The translations under genes and the position numbers were made by a program. From Macrostomum lignano (taxonomy: Eukaryota): a stretch of DNA of 64,000 nucleotides. Positions 32,859 through 46,800 of this stretch are shown one piece after another. Where the stretch lies: the NCBI GenBank assembly GCA_002269645.1, contig NIVC01001787.1, positions 31,217 through 95,216 on the forward strand, written 5' to 3'. Positions within the stretch are counted from its first letter, which is position 1, and every line of letters starts with the position of its first letter. The notes below the pieces were generated by a model. It was not told the origin of the DNA, made no database searches, and saw only the letters and a list, made by a program, of their open reading frames with translations.

Positions 32859-35169
32859 GCCTCCTATCATCTCTGGTGCCACCAGTCCAGGCCCAAGCTG
32901 GAGATTCTGATCCTACCAAGGTTAAAGAAGCAACTGGAAGTGACAAGGTTGGCTCAAAAACAGATGACAAAGTTGTTGAGCGAGAAGAGCAAGCCATTAA
33001 GCTAGATGGACTCAATGCAGCTCAAGTGAAGGAGCTCCGCGACAAAGCTGAGAAGTTTGCTTTCCAGGCCGAGGTGGATCGGATGATGAAGTTGATCATC
33101 AATTCTCTTTACAAGAACAAGGAGATTTTCCTACGCGAATTAATTTCAAATGCCAGCGACGCCCTGGACAAGATTCGCTTCATGTCGCTCACTAATAAGG
33201 AGGTCCTGGATGCCACCCCGGAGCTAAGCATCAGGATCAAGGCCGACAAAGAGGATAAAACGCTGCGCGTGATTGACACGGGCATTGGCATGACCAAGGA
33301 GGACCTGGTGAAGAATCTTGGCACAATTGCCAAATCTGGCACCTCGGAGTTCTTGACAAAACTATCCGAGGTCCAGTCTACCACCGAGAGTAGCGATCTG
33401 ATTGGCCAGTTTGGCGTTGGCTTCTACAGCTCGTTCCTTGTTGCCGACCGAGTCACCGTTATCACTAAGCACAACGATGACAAGCAATACATTTGGGAGT
33501 CGGACGCTAACAGTTTCTCAGTGACGGAGGATCCGCGCGGTAACACGCTGAAGCGAGGCACAGAGATCATTTTGCACATGAAAGAGGAAGGCTTGGATTG
33601 GCTAGAGCCCAGCAGCCTTCGCGATCTCATTGTTAAATACTCGCAGTTTATTAACTTCCCAATCTATGTGTGGGAAAGTCGAACTGAGACTGTTGAGGAA
33701 GCTCAGGACAAGGACGAGAAGAAGGAAAAGAAAGACGAGGATGCCACTGTGGAAGAAGAGAAGGATAAATCGGAGCCAAAGAAGGTTGAGAAAACCGTCT
33801 GGGACTGGCGATTGGTCAACGAGAACAAGCCTATCTGGACTCGCAAACCAGCCGATATCAAGGACGAAGAGTACAATCAGTTCTTTAAATCGTTTACTAA
33901 AGCTAGCGAAGATCCGCTGGCTAAGTCGCATTTCGTTGCCGAAGGCGAAGTCACATTCAAGAGCATCCTGTTTGTGCCTAAGACAGCCGATTTCGATGCC
34001 TGGTCCAACTATGGCAAGAAAACTGACAACATCAAGATGTACGTTCGGCGAGTATTTATCACCGACAATTTCGAAGAGATGATGCCAAAGTATCTCAGCT
34101 TCATTAAGGGCATCGTTGATTCCGACGATCTGCCCTTAACGTCAGCCGTGAGACTCTCCAGCAGCACAAACTGTTAAAGGTGATTAAGAAGAAGCTCGTG
34201 AGAAAGGCGCTTGACATGATTAAGAAGATCGAGCCGGAGCAGTATAAACAATTTTGGAAGGAATACTCAACCAACATCAAGGTTGGAATTATTGACGATG
34301 CGGCTAACCGGACGCGCCTGTCCAAGCTTCTGCTGTTCTGGTCGTCTCACGACAGCAAAGAGCAGGTGTCCCTGGCCGACTATGTCAGCCGCATGAAGGA
34401 GAAGCAGGACAACATCTATTTCATGTCTGGTCAATCCAGGAAGGAAGTTGAGAACTCTCCGTTCGTTGAGAAGCTGCTGAAACGCGGATACGAAGTTCTG
34501 TACCTACTGGAGCCGATCGATCAGTACGCCATCCAGTCACTGCCAGAGTTCGAAGGGAAGAAGTTCCAGAATGCTGCCAAGGACGGCATCCAGATTGGCG
34601 AAGAGACCGCCGAGGTCAAGGAGCGCAAGGAGGCATTGACTAAGGAGTTCGAACCCCTGACCAAGTGGCTGCAGGAGACCGCCTTGAAAGACAAGATCGA
34701 GAAGGCCCAGATCTCCGACCGCCTCGCATCTTCGCCTTGCGCCCTGGTCGCCTCCCAGTACGGCTGGGACGCCGCTATGGACCGTGTGATGCGCGCTCAG
34801 GCCTACCAGAAGGCCCAGGATCCTTCCCAGGTGCACTTCTCGTCGCAGAAGAAAATCTTGGAGATTAATCCGCGCCATCCGTTAATCAAGGAGCTCAAAC
34901 GACGCGCCGCCGATCAGCCTGACGACAAGTCTACCGCGCAGCTGGCCACCATCCTGTACGAGGCTGCCACCCTGCGCAGCGGCTACGTTCTGGAGGACTC
35001 CGCCGGCTTCGCTGAGCGTATCGAGTCGATGCTCCGCCTGTCGGTCGGCGTGCCGGAATCTGAGGGCGTCGAGGAGGACATCGAAGACGAACCGATGCCG
35101 ACTCCTGCCACCAGTTCGAAAGAGGGCACGTCCGACGAGGTCAAGGATGAGAAGTCGGCCGATGATGTG
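32859..35169 (+). CDS. HSP90B1: Endoplasmin/GRP94 exon 2, with an apparent 1-nt deletion at 34133-34135
   Basis: [96 protein letters not shown] across the shift, [10 protein letters not shown]; donor GTG|gtaagc. Confidence 0.95.
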
Positions 35170-35206
35170 GTAAGCCGCAGACGCATGATGCAGTAGAATG
35201 AATTAA

Positions 35207-35210
35207 ATAC

Positions 35211-35258
<48 letters not shown>

Positions 35259-35275
35259 AATACTACTACTTCTAC

Positions 35276-35320
<45 letters not shown>
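35207..35320. repeat. (TAC)n microsatellite in the last HSP90B1 intron
   Basis: Direct reading. Confidence 0.95.
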
Positions 35321-35361
35321 AAATTACGAACCTAACTTTTGCTATTTCCTCTTAATTTCAG

Positions 35362-35376
35362 AAGGAGGAGCTGTAA
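35362..35376 (+). CDS. HSP90B1: Endoplasmin terminal coding mini-exon encoding KEEL-stop
   Basis: Acceptor ttaatttcag|AAG GAG GAG CTG TAA, phase 0; supplies a KDEL-type ER retention signal that is otherwise missing. Confidence 0.88.
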   Translation, partial: KEEL

Positions 35377-36024
35377 ACGATGCTTTAAGAATATTTCGAA
35401 CAAGAACTCGGACAAGATTCGCGCTGTGTAACTCGCCAAAACAAAGATTTTCATAAACTTGCAATTTTGGACGGAAATTTTCTACGGCTCATTTGCTCAC
35501 CATTTATATAGCGCTGTCTGCAACAAAAGATTCACTCTAATGCTCGAATTTCGCTAATATTGACTGCAGTTTTGTCTGTTACGAAAAAATTCCAGGTCAG
35601 AAACTCGTATCTAGATTGTTAGTAAATGTTTTTTTAGCATAATTAGTGATTATTATTGTGCAGTACAGTTCATGTAGTTGGTACGAGGCATTATTGTACA
35701 ACGAGCACTGAACAGCTTTGATATGATAACATTAATATCAATATCTCATTCTTGATCATTCGAAATTCCCGTGTTTTCAATTTTATAATAAGTATTCGGT
35801 GTTTTTCTGTCTCTGCGAGACCTGCTCTAATTAATCAAAATCGATTAATAAAGACCATAAAGACCTACTCTGTGCGTCTGTTTGCAAAGTTGTGCATTTT
35901 TTATTTAACTATAACATCAAAATTCGCTTTTTTTTGCCGCCGTTGTCTGCTTCTATTGTTTGTTTGTTTGTTTGTTTGTCCGTCTTGTCCTGTCCTGTCA
36001 ACTTCTCTTGTCACTAGCAAAATT

Positions 36025-36030
36025 AATAAA
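36025..36030 (+). promoter_or_regulatory. Probable HSP90B1 polyadenylation signal AATAAA
   Basis: AATAAA followed by T-rich sequence, ~650 nt after the stop; an earlier AATAAA near 35847 is an alternative. Confidence 0.4.
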
Positions 36031-36199
36031 CACGAACTTTAGTTAAGCTTAATTGTTATTTATAATACCAAAAATGAGCTTCTCCAAGCTAAGCACTTTT
36101 CATATAATTTGTTTCTCAGTTTATAGGACGGATTTCAATGAGTGATTTTGCATGGAAATCCTAGGATAATTAATCATTGACATAAATCTCTCAACTGGA

Positions 36200-37140
36200 G
36201 AATCGATCTCATTGGAATCTCACTCTAATCTCATTGGGAATCTCCCTCCGATCACGTTGGGAATTTTATTGAATCTCATTGGGAATTTTTAATTTAATAT
36301 CATTAGGAATCTCCCTCCAATCTCGTTGGGAATCGCCCTCCAATCTCATTGGGAATCTCCCTTTAATCTCATCGGGAATCTCCCTAAAAGTACATTAGGA
36401 ATCTCCCTCCTATCACGTTGGGAATCTTCCTTTAATCTCATTAGGAATCTCCCTCCAAGTGCATTGGGAATGTCCCTCCAATCTCGTTGGGAATCTCCCT
36501 CCAATCTCATTGAGAATCTCCCTCCAATCTCGTTGGGAATCTCCCTCCAAATACATTGGGAATCTCCCTCCAATCTCGTTGGGAATCTCCCTCCAAATAC
36601 ATTGGGAATCTCCCTCCAATCTCGTTGGGAATCTCCCTCCAATCTCGTTGGGAATCTCCCTCCAAATACATAGGGAATCGCCCTCCAATCTCATTGAGAA
36701 TCTCCCTCCAATCTCGTTGGGAATCTCCCTCCAAATACATTGGGAATCTCCCTCCAATCTCGTTGGGAATCTCCCTCCAAATACATAGGGAATCGCCCTC
36801 CAATCTCGTTGGGAATCTCCCTCCAAATACATAGGGAATCTCCCTCCAATCTCGTTGGGAATCTCCCTCCAAATACATAGGGAATCTCCCTCCAATCTCG
36901 TTGGGAATCTCCCTCGAAATACATAGGGAATCGCCCTCCAATCTCATTGGGAATCTCCCTCCAATCTCATTGGGAATCTCCCTCCAAATACATTGGGAAT
37001 CTCCCTCCAATCTCGTTGGGAATCTCCCTCGAAATACATAGGGAATCGCCCTCCAATCTCATTGGGAATCTCCCTCCAATCTCATTGGGAATCTCCCTCC
37101 AATCTCATTGGGAATCTCCCTCCAATCTCATTGGGAATCT
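36200..37140. repeat. 23-bp minisatellite (GGGAATCTCCCTCCAATCTCGTT / GGGAATCTCCCTCCAAATACATT), ~40 copies, between HSP90B1 and ABTB1
   Basis: Two interleaved unit variants visible. Confidence 0.94.
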
Positions 37141-37345
37141 CACTCAGTATCGTCACTAATCGGAATTAGTTATCAGATAGCTGCTCTTTTGACTACTGTT
37201 CTTGCGAAATACGAGTAGTATGAAGCGCAAAACTAAGCTGTGGAACCATCGCATTCTGTCAACAAGTCTTGGCTCTTATTCTTAGTTTTTGGAAAAACTG
37301 AAACTTTCAGGTTTAGTTAGCGACCAGAAACCTCGGAGCAGTCTG

Positions 37346-37813
37346 ATGATATCAGACACTGAGAGCCTGTTTCAGTCCTGCCGTCGAGGCGACCTAGCCA
37401 GAGTTCGATACCTCGTCGAGGAGCGCGACGTTGAGCTGAACGTGCGCGACCAGTGGGACTCGACGCCGCTGTATTATTCCTGCCTGTGCGGTCACGAAGA
37501 TCTTGTGCTGTACCTGCTGCAGCAGGGCGCCACCTGTCAGGCTAGCACTTTTGATGGCGAGCGCTGCGTCTACGGCGCCCTGACTGACCGTATCCGGGCT
37601 ATGCTGCTGGACTCCAGCGTTGTCACCGCTCACTCAATGCGCAGAGATGCCTATTCGGAGTTTCTGCGAAATCTATTCTCCACAGGGTCTGGTGCCGATG
37701 TCCGGTTCAATCTGTGCGATGGCTCGGAGTTTCTGGCGCATCGCTGCCTGCTGATGGCCCGATCGCCGTATTTTAAACGCAATTTTTCCGGCAAATGGAT
37801 CGGACGGCGTCAG
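37346..37813 (+). CDS. ABTB1: Ankyrin repeat and BTB/POZ domain protein 1, coding exon 1
   Basis: Upstream acceptor actttcag|37311; ATG 37346; LFQSCRRGDLARVRYLVEERDVELNVRDQWDSTPLYYSCLCGHEDLV...TFDGERC.YGAL...AHRCLLMARSPYF; donor CAG|gtgagc, phase 0. Confidence 0.92.
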
Positions 37814-37831
37814 GTGAGCTACTTTGCCTTT

Positions 37832-40800
37832 TTACCTATTGTATAGGATCCGCCCCTTGTCTGATTTACCTATTGTATAGGATCCGCCCCTTGTCTGATT
37901 TACCTATTGTATAGGATCCGTCCTTTGTCTGATTTACCTATTGTATAGGATCCGCCCCTTGTCTGATTTACCTATTGTATAGGATCCGTCCTTGTCTGAT
38001 TTACCTATTGTATAGGATCCGCCCCTTGTCTGATTTACCTATTGTATAGGATCCGCCCCTTGTCTGATTTACCTATTGTATAGGATCCGCCCCTTGTCTG
38101 ATTTACCTATTGTATAGGATCCGCCCCTTGTCTGATTTACCTATTGTATAGGATCCGCCCCTTGTCTGATTTACCTATTGTATAGGATCCGCCCCTTGTC
38201 TGATTTACCTATTGTATAGGATCCGCCCCTTGTCTGATTTACCTATTGTATAGGATCCGCCCCTTGTCTGATTTACCTATTGTATAGGATCCGCCCCTTG
38301 TCTGATTTACCTATTGTATAGGATCCGCCCCTTGTCTGATTTACCTATTGTATAGGATCCGCCCTTGTCTGATTTACCTATTGTATAGGATCCGCCCTTG
38401 TCTGATTTACCTATTGTATAGGATCCGTCCTTTGTCTGATTTACCTATTGTATAGGATCCGCCCCTTGTCTGATTTACCTATTGTATAGGATCCGTCCTT
38501 TGTCTGATTTACCTATTGTATAGGATCCGTCCTTTGTCTGATTTACCTATTGTATAGGATCCGCCCCTTGTCTGATTTACCTATTGTATAGGATCCGCCC
38601 CTTGTCTGATTTACCTATTGTATAGGATCCGCCCTTGTCTGATTTACCTATTGTATAGGATCCGCCCCTTGTCTGATTTACCTATTGTATAGGATCCGCC
38701 CTTGTCTGATTTACCTATTGTATAGGATCCGTCCTTGTCTGATTTACCTATTGTATAGGATCCGTCCTTGTCTGATTTACCTATTGTATAGGATCCGCCC
38801 TTGTCTGATTTACCTATTGTATAGGATCCGTCCTTTGTCTGATTTACCTATTGTATAGGATCCGTCCTTTGTCTGATTTACCTATTGTATAGGATCCGCC
38901 CCTTGTCTGATTTACCTATTGTATAGGATCCGTCCTTTGTCTGATTTACCTATTGTATAGGATCCGTCCTTTGTCTGATTTACCTATTGTATAGGATCCG
39001 TCCTTTGTCTGATTTACCTATTGTATAGGATCCGCCCCTTGTCTGATTTACCTATTGTATAGGATCCGCCCCTTGTCTGATTTACCTATTGTATAGGATC
39101 CGTCCTTTGTCTGATTTACCTATTGTATAGGATCCGCCCCTTGTCTGATTTACCTATTGTATAGGATCCGCCCCTTGTCTGATTTACCTATTGTATAGGA
39201 TCCGCCCCTTGTCTGATTTACCTATTGTATAGGATCCGCCCCTTGTCTGATTTACCTATTGTATAGGATCCGTCCTTGTCTGATTTACCTATTGTATAGG
39301 ATCCGCCCTTGTCTGATTTACCTATTGTATAGGATCCGTCCTTTGTCTGATTTACCTATTGTATAGGATCCGTCCTTGTCTGATTTACCTATTGTATAGG
39401 ATCCGCCCCTTGTCTGATTTACCTATTGTATAGGATCCGTCCTTGTCTGATTTACCTATTGTATAGGATCCGCCCTTGTCTGATTTACCTATTGTATAGG
39501 ATCCGCCCCTTGTCTGATTTACCTATTGTATAGGATCCGCCCTTGTCTGATTTACCTATTGTATAGGATCCGCCCCTTGTCTGATTTACCTATTGTATAG
39601 GATCCGCCCCTTGTCTGATTTACCTATTGTATAGGATCCGTCCTTGTCTGATTTACCTATTGTATAGGATCCGCCCCTTGTCTGATTTACCTATTGTATA
39701 GGATCCGTCCTTGTCTGATTTACCTATTGTATAGGATCCGTCCTTGTCTGATTTACCTATTGTATAGGATCCGCCCCTTGTCTGATTTACCTATTGTATA
39801 GGATCCGCCCCTTGTCTGATTTACCTATTGTATAGGATCCGCCCCTTGTCTGATTTACCTATTGTATAGGATCCGCCCCTTGTCTGATTTACCTATTGTA
39901 TAGGATCCGCCCTTGTCTGATTTACCTATTGTATAGGATCCGTCCTTTGTCTGATTTACCTATTGTATAGGATCCGTCCTTGTCTGATTTACCTATTGTA
40001 TAGGATCCGCCCCTTGTCTGATTTACCTATTGTATAGGATCCGTCCTTTGTCTGATTTACCTATTGTATAGGATCCGTCCTTGTCTGATTTACCTATTGT
40101 ATAGGATCCGCCCCTTGTCTGATTTACCTATTGTATAGGATCCGTCCTTGTCTGATTTACCTATTGTATAGGATCCGTCCTTGTCTGATTTACCTATTGT
40201 ATAGGATCCGTCCTTGTCTGATTTACCTATTGTATAGGATCCGCCCCTTGTCTGATTTACCTATTGTATAGGATCCGCCCCTTGTCTGATTTACCTATTG
40301 TATAGGATCCGTCCTTGTCTGATTTACCTATTGTATAGGATCCGCCCTTGTCTGATTTACCTATTGTATAGGATCCGCCCCTTGTCTGATTTACCTATTG
40401 TATAGGATCCGCCCCTTGTCTGATTTACCTATTGTATAGGATCCGCCCCTTGTCTGATTTACCTATTGTATAGGATCCGTCCTTGTCTGATTTACCTATT
40501 GTATAGGATCCGCCCTTGTCTGATTTACCTATTGTATAGGATCCGTCCTTGTCTGATTTACCTATTGTATAGGATCCGTCCTTGTCTGATTTACCTATTG
40601 TATAGGATCCGCCCTTGTCTGATTTACCTATTGTATAGGATCCGTCCTTGTCTGATTTACCTATTGTATAGGATCCGTCCCTTGTCTGATTTACCTATTG
40701 TATAGGATCCGCCCTTGTCTGATTTACCTATTGTATAGGATCCGCCCCTTGTCTGATTTACCTATTGTATAGGATCCGCCCTTGTCTGATTTACCTATTG

Positions 40801-43800
40801 TATAGGATCCGCCCCTTGTCTGATTTACCTATTGTATAGGATCCGCCCTTGTCTGATTTACCTATTGTATAGGATCCGCCCCTTGTCTGATTTACCTATT
40901 GTATAGGATCCGTCCTTGTCTGATTTACCTATTGTATAGGATCCGCCTTGTCTGATTTACCTATTGTATAGGATCCGCCCCTTGTCTGATTTACCTATTG
41001 TATAGGATCCGCCCCTTGTCTGATTTACCTATTGTATAGGATCCGCCCTTGTCTGATTTACCTATTGTATAGGATCCGTCCTTGTCTGATTTACCTATTG
41101 TATAGGATCCGCCCCTTGTCTGATTTACCTATTGTATAGGATCCGTCCTTGTCTGATTTACCTATTGTATAGGATCCGTCCTTGTCTGATTTACCTATTG
41201 TATAGGATCCGCCCCTTGTCTGATTTACCTATTGTATAGGATCCGCCCTTGTCTGATTTACCTATTGTATAGGATCCGCCCTTGTCTGATTTACCTATTG
41301 TATAGGATCCGCCCCTTGTCTGATTTACCTATTGTATAGGATCCGCCCCTTGTCTGATTTACCTATTGTATAGGATCCGTCCTTTGTCTGATTTACCTAT
41401 TGTATAGGATCCGCCCTTGTCTGATTTACCTATTGTATAGGATCCGCCCTTGTCTGATTTACCTATTGTATAGGATCCGTCCTTTGTCTGATTTACCTAT
41501 TGTATAGGATCCGTCCTTGTCTGATTTACCTATTGTATAGGATCCGCCCCTTGTCTGATTTACCTATTGTATAGGATCCGTCCTTGTCTGATTTACCTAT
41601 TGTATAGGATCCGTCCTTGTCTGATTTACCTATTGTATAGGATCCGCCCCTTGTCTGATTTACCTATTGTATAGGATCCGTCCTTGTCTGATTTACCTAT
41701 TGTATAGGATCCGTCCTTGTCTGATTTACCTATTGTATAGGATCCGCCCTTGTCTGATTTACCTATTGTATAGGATCCGCCCTTGTCTGATTTACCTATT
41801 GTATAGGATCCGTCCTTGTCTGATTTACCTATTGTATAGGATCCGTCCTTGTCTGATTTACCTATTGTATAGGATCCGCCTTGTCTGATTTACCTATTGT
41901 ATAGGATCCGCCTTGTCTGATTTACCTATTGTATAGGATCCGTCCTTGTCTGATTTACCTATTGTATAGGATCCGTCCTTGTCTGATTTACCTATTGTAT
42001 AGGATCCGCCCCTTGTCTGATTTACCTATTGTATAGGATCCGCCCTTGTCTGATTTACCTATTGTATAGGATCCGCCCCTTGTCTGATTTACCTATTGTA
42101 TAGGATCCGTCCTTTGTCTGATTTACCTATTGTATAGGATCCGCCCCTTGTCTGATTTACCTATTGTATAGGATCCGTCCTTGTCTGATTTACCTATTGT
42201 ATAGGATCCGCCCCTTGTCTGATTTACCTATTGTATAGGATCCGCCTTGTCTGATTTACCTATTGTATAGGATCCGCCCTTGTCTGATTTACCTATTGTA
42301 TAGGATCCGCCTTGTCTGATTTACCTATTGTATAGGATCCGTCCTTGTCTGATTTACCTATTGTATAGGATCCGCCCTTGTCTGATTTACCTATTGTATA
42401 GGATCCGCCCCTTGTCTGATTTACCTATTGTATAGGATCCGCCCCTTGTCTGATTTACCTATTGTATAGGATCCGCCCCTTGTCTGATTTACCTATTGTA
42501 TAGGATCCGCCTTGTCTGATTTACCTATTGTATAGGATCCGCCCCTTGTCTGATTTACCTATTGTATAGGATCCGCCTTGTCTGATTTACCTATTGTATA
42601 GGATCCGCCCTTGTCTGATTTACCTATTGTATAGGATCCGTCCTTGTCTGATTTACCTATTGTATAGGATCCGCCCCTTGTCTGATTTACCTATTGTATA
42701 GGATCCGCCCTTGTCTGATTTACCTATTGTATAGGATCCGCCTTGTCTGATTTACCTATTGTATAGGATCCGCCTTGTCTGATTTACCTATTGTATAGGA
42801 TCCGCCTTGTCTGATTTACCTATTGTATAGGATCCGCCCTTGTCTGATTTACCTATTGTATAGGATCCGCCCTTGTCTGATTTACCTATTGTATAGGATC
42901 CGCCCCTTGTCTGATTTACCTATTGTATAGGATCCGCCTTGTCTGATTTACCTATTGTATAGGATCCGCCCTTGTCTGATTTACCTATTGTATAGGATCC
43001 GCCCTTGTCTGATTTACCTATTGTATAGGATCCGTCCTTGTCTGATTTACCTATTGTATAGGATCCGTCCTTGTCTGATTTACCTATTGTATAGGATCCG
43101 CCTTGTCTGATTTACCTATTGTATAGGATCCGCCCCTTGTCTGATTTACCTATTGTATAGGATCCGCCTTGTCTGATTTACCTATTGTATAGGATCCGTC
43201 CTTGTCTGATTTACCTATTGTATAGGATCCGTCCTTGTCTGATTTACCTATTGTATAGGATCCGCCTTGTCTGATTTACCTATTGTATAGGATCCGCCTT
43301 GTCTGATTTACCTATTGTATAGGATCCGCCTTGTCTGATTTACCTATTGTATAGGATCCGCCCTTGTCTGATTTACCTATTGTATAGGATCCGCCCTTGT
43401 CTGATTTACCTATTGTATAGGATCCGCCCTTGTCTGATTTACCTATTGTATAGGATCCGCCCTTGTCTGATTTACCTATTGTATAGGATCCGCCCTTGTC
43501 TGATTTACCTATTGTATAGGATCCGTCCTTGTCTGATTTACCTATTGTATAGGATCCGCCTTGTCTGATTTACCTATTGTATAGGATCCGCCCCTTGTCT
43601 GATTTACCTATTGTATAGGATCCGCCTTGTCTGATTTACCTATTGTATAGGATCCGTCCTTGTCTGATTTACCTATTGTATAGGATCCGCCCTTGTCTGA
43701 TTTACCTATTGTATAGGATCCGCCTTGTCTGATTTACCTATTGTATAGGATCCGCCTTGTCTGATTTACCTATTGTATAGGATCCGTCCTTGTCTGATTT

Positions 43801-46800
43801 ACCTATTGTATAGGATCCGCCTTGTCTGATTTACCTATTGTATAGGATCCGCCTTGTCTGATTTACCTATTGTATAGGATCCGCCCTTGTCTGATTTACC
43901 TATTGTATAGGATCCGCCTTGTCTGATTTACCTATTGTATAGGATCCGCCCTTGTCTGATTTACCTATTGTATAGGATCCGCCTTGTCTGATTTACCTAT
44001 TGTATAGGATCCGCCCTTGTCTGATTTACCTATTGTATAGGATCCGCCCTTGTCTGATTTACCTATTGTATAGGATCCGCCTTGTCTGATTTACCTATTG
44101 TATAGGATCCGTCCTTGTCTGATTTACCTATTGTATAGGATCCGCCTTGTCTGATTTACCTATTGTATAGGATCCGCCCCTTGTCTGATTTACCTATTGT
44201 ATAGGATCCGCCTTGTCTGATTTACCTATTGTATAGGATCCGTCCTTGTCTGATTTACCTATTGTATAGGATCCGCCTTGTCTGATTTACCTATTGTATA
44301 GGATCCGCCTTGTCTGATTTACCTATTGTATAGGATCCGCCCCTTGTCTGATTTACCTATTGTATAGGATCCGCCTTGTCTGATTTACCTATTGTATAGG
44401 ATCCGCCCTTGTCTGATTTACCTATTGTATAGGATCCGCCCTTGTCTGATTTACCTATTGTATAGGATCCGCCCTTGTCTGATTTACCTATTGTATAGGA
44501 TCCGCCCTTGTCTGATTTACCTATTGTATAGGATCCGCCCTTGTCTGATTTACCTATTGTATAGGATCCGCCTTGTCTGATTTACCTATTGTATAGGATC
44601 CGCCTTGTCTGATTTACCTATTGTATAGGATCCGCCCCTTGTCTGATTTACCTATTGTATAGGATCCGTCCTTGTCTGATTTACCTATTGTATAGGATCC
44701 GCCTTGTCTGATTTACCTATTGTATAGGATCCGCCCCTTGTCTGATTTACCTATTGTATAGGATCCGCCCTTGTCTGATTTACCTATTGTATAGGATCCG
44801 CCTTGTCTGATTTACCTATTGTATAGGATCCGCCTTGTCTGATTTACCTATTGTATAGGATCCGCCCCTTGTCTGATTTACCTATTGTATAGGATCCGCC
44901 TTGTCTGATTTACCTATTGTATAGGATCCGCCTTGTCTGATTTACCTATTGTATAGGATCCGCCCTTGTCTGATTTACCTATTGTATAGGATCCGCCTTG
45001 TCTGATTTACCTATTGTATAGGATCCGTCCTTGTCTGATTTACCTATTGTATAGGATCCGCCTTGTCTGATTTACCTATTGTATAGGATCCGCCTTGTCT
45101 GATTTACCTATTGTATAGGATCCGCCTTGTCTGATTTACCTATTGTATAGGATCCGCCTTGTCTGATTTACCTATTGTATAGGATCCGCCTTGTCTGATT
45201 TACCTATTGTATAGGATCCGCCCTTGTCTGATTTACCTATTGTATAGGATCCGTCCTTGTCTGATTTACCTATTGTATAGGATCCGTCCTTGTCTGATTT
45301 ACCTATTGTATAGGATCCGCCCTTGTCTGATTTACCTATTGTATAGGATCCGCCTTGTCTGATTTACCTATTGTATAGGATCCGTCCTTGTCTGATTTAC
45401 CTATTGTATAGGATCCGCCTTGTCTGATTTACCTATTGTATAGGATCCGCCCCTTGTCTGATTTACCTATTGTATAGGATCCGCCCCTTGTCTGATTTAC
45501 CTATTGTATAGGATCCGCCTTGTCTGATTTACCTATTGTATAGGATCCGCCTTGTCTGATTTACCTATTGTATAGGATCCGCCTTGTCTGATTTACCTAT
45601 TGTATAGGATCCGCCTTGTCTGATTTACCTATTGTATAGGATCCGCCCTTGTCTGATTTACCTATTGTATAGGATCCGCCTTGTCTGATTTACCTATTGT
45701 ATAGGATCCGTCCTTGTCTGATTTACCTATTGTATAGGATCCGCCTTGTCTGATTTACCTATTGTATAGGATCCGCCCTTGTCTGATTTACCTATTGTAT
45801 AGGATCCGCCTTGTCTGATTTACCTATTGTATAGGATCCGCCTTGTCTGATTTACCTATTGTATAGGATCCGCCTTGTCTGATTTACCTATTGTATAGGA
45901 TCCGCCTTGTCTGATTTACCTATTGTATAGGATCCGCCTTGTCTGATTTACCTATTGTATAGGATCCGCCTTGTCTGATTTACCTATTGTATAGGATCCG
46001 CCTTGTCTGATTTACCTATTGTATAGGATCCGCCTTGTCTGATTTACCTATTGTATAGGATCCGCCTTGTCTGATTTACCTATTGTATAGGATCCGCCCT
46101 TGTCTGATTTACCTATTGTATAGGATCCGCCTTGTCTGATTTACCTATTGTATAGGATCCGCCTTGTCTGATTTACCTATTGTATAGGATCCGCCTTGTC
46201 TGATTTACCTATTGTATAGGATCCGCCTTGTCTGATTTACCTATTGTATAGGATCCGCCCTTGTCTGATTTACCTATTGTATAGGATCCGCCTTGTCTGA
46301 TTTACCTATTGTATAGGATCCGCCTTGTCTGATTTACCTATTGTATAGGATCCGCCTTGTCTGATTTACCTATTGTATAGGATCCGCCCTTGTCTGATTT
46401 ACCTATTGTATAGGATCCGCCCTTGTCTGATTTACCTATTGTATAGGATCCGCCCTTGTCTGATTTACCTATTGTATAGGATCCGCCTTGTCTGATTTAC
46501 CTATTGTATAGGATCCGCCCTTGTCTGATTTACCTATTGTATAGGATCCGCCTTGTCTGATTTACCTATTGTATAGGATCCGCCTTGTCTGATTTACCTA
46601 TTGTATAGGATCCGCCTTGTCTGATTTACCTATTGTATAGGATCCGCCCCTTGTCTGATTTACCTATTGTATAGGATCCGCCCTTGTCTGATTTACCTAT
46701 TGTATAGGATCCGCCCTTGTCTGATTTACCTATTGTATAGGATCCGCCCTTGTCTGATTTACCTATTGTATAGGATCCGCCTTGTCTGATTTACCTATTG

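Noticed and set aside
34131-34141. Programmed ribosomal frameshift in GRP94
   Set aside because: No X_XXY_YYZ slippery heptamer; the same single-C loss occurs in ABTB1, pointing to homopolymer error
27144-35186. Antisense and alternative-frame ORFs over the LIPE and HSP90B1 exons (and similar ones over FIG4, the TSR gene and the mariner)
   Set aside because: Shadow ORFs of GC-rich coding sequence with no independent homology
36326-37159. Multiple repetitive ORFs on both strands (also 13431, 22586-23578, 5300-5901)
   Set aside because: Translations of minisatellite units
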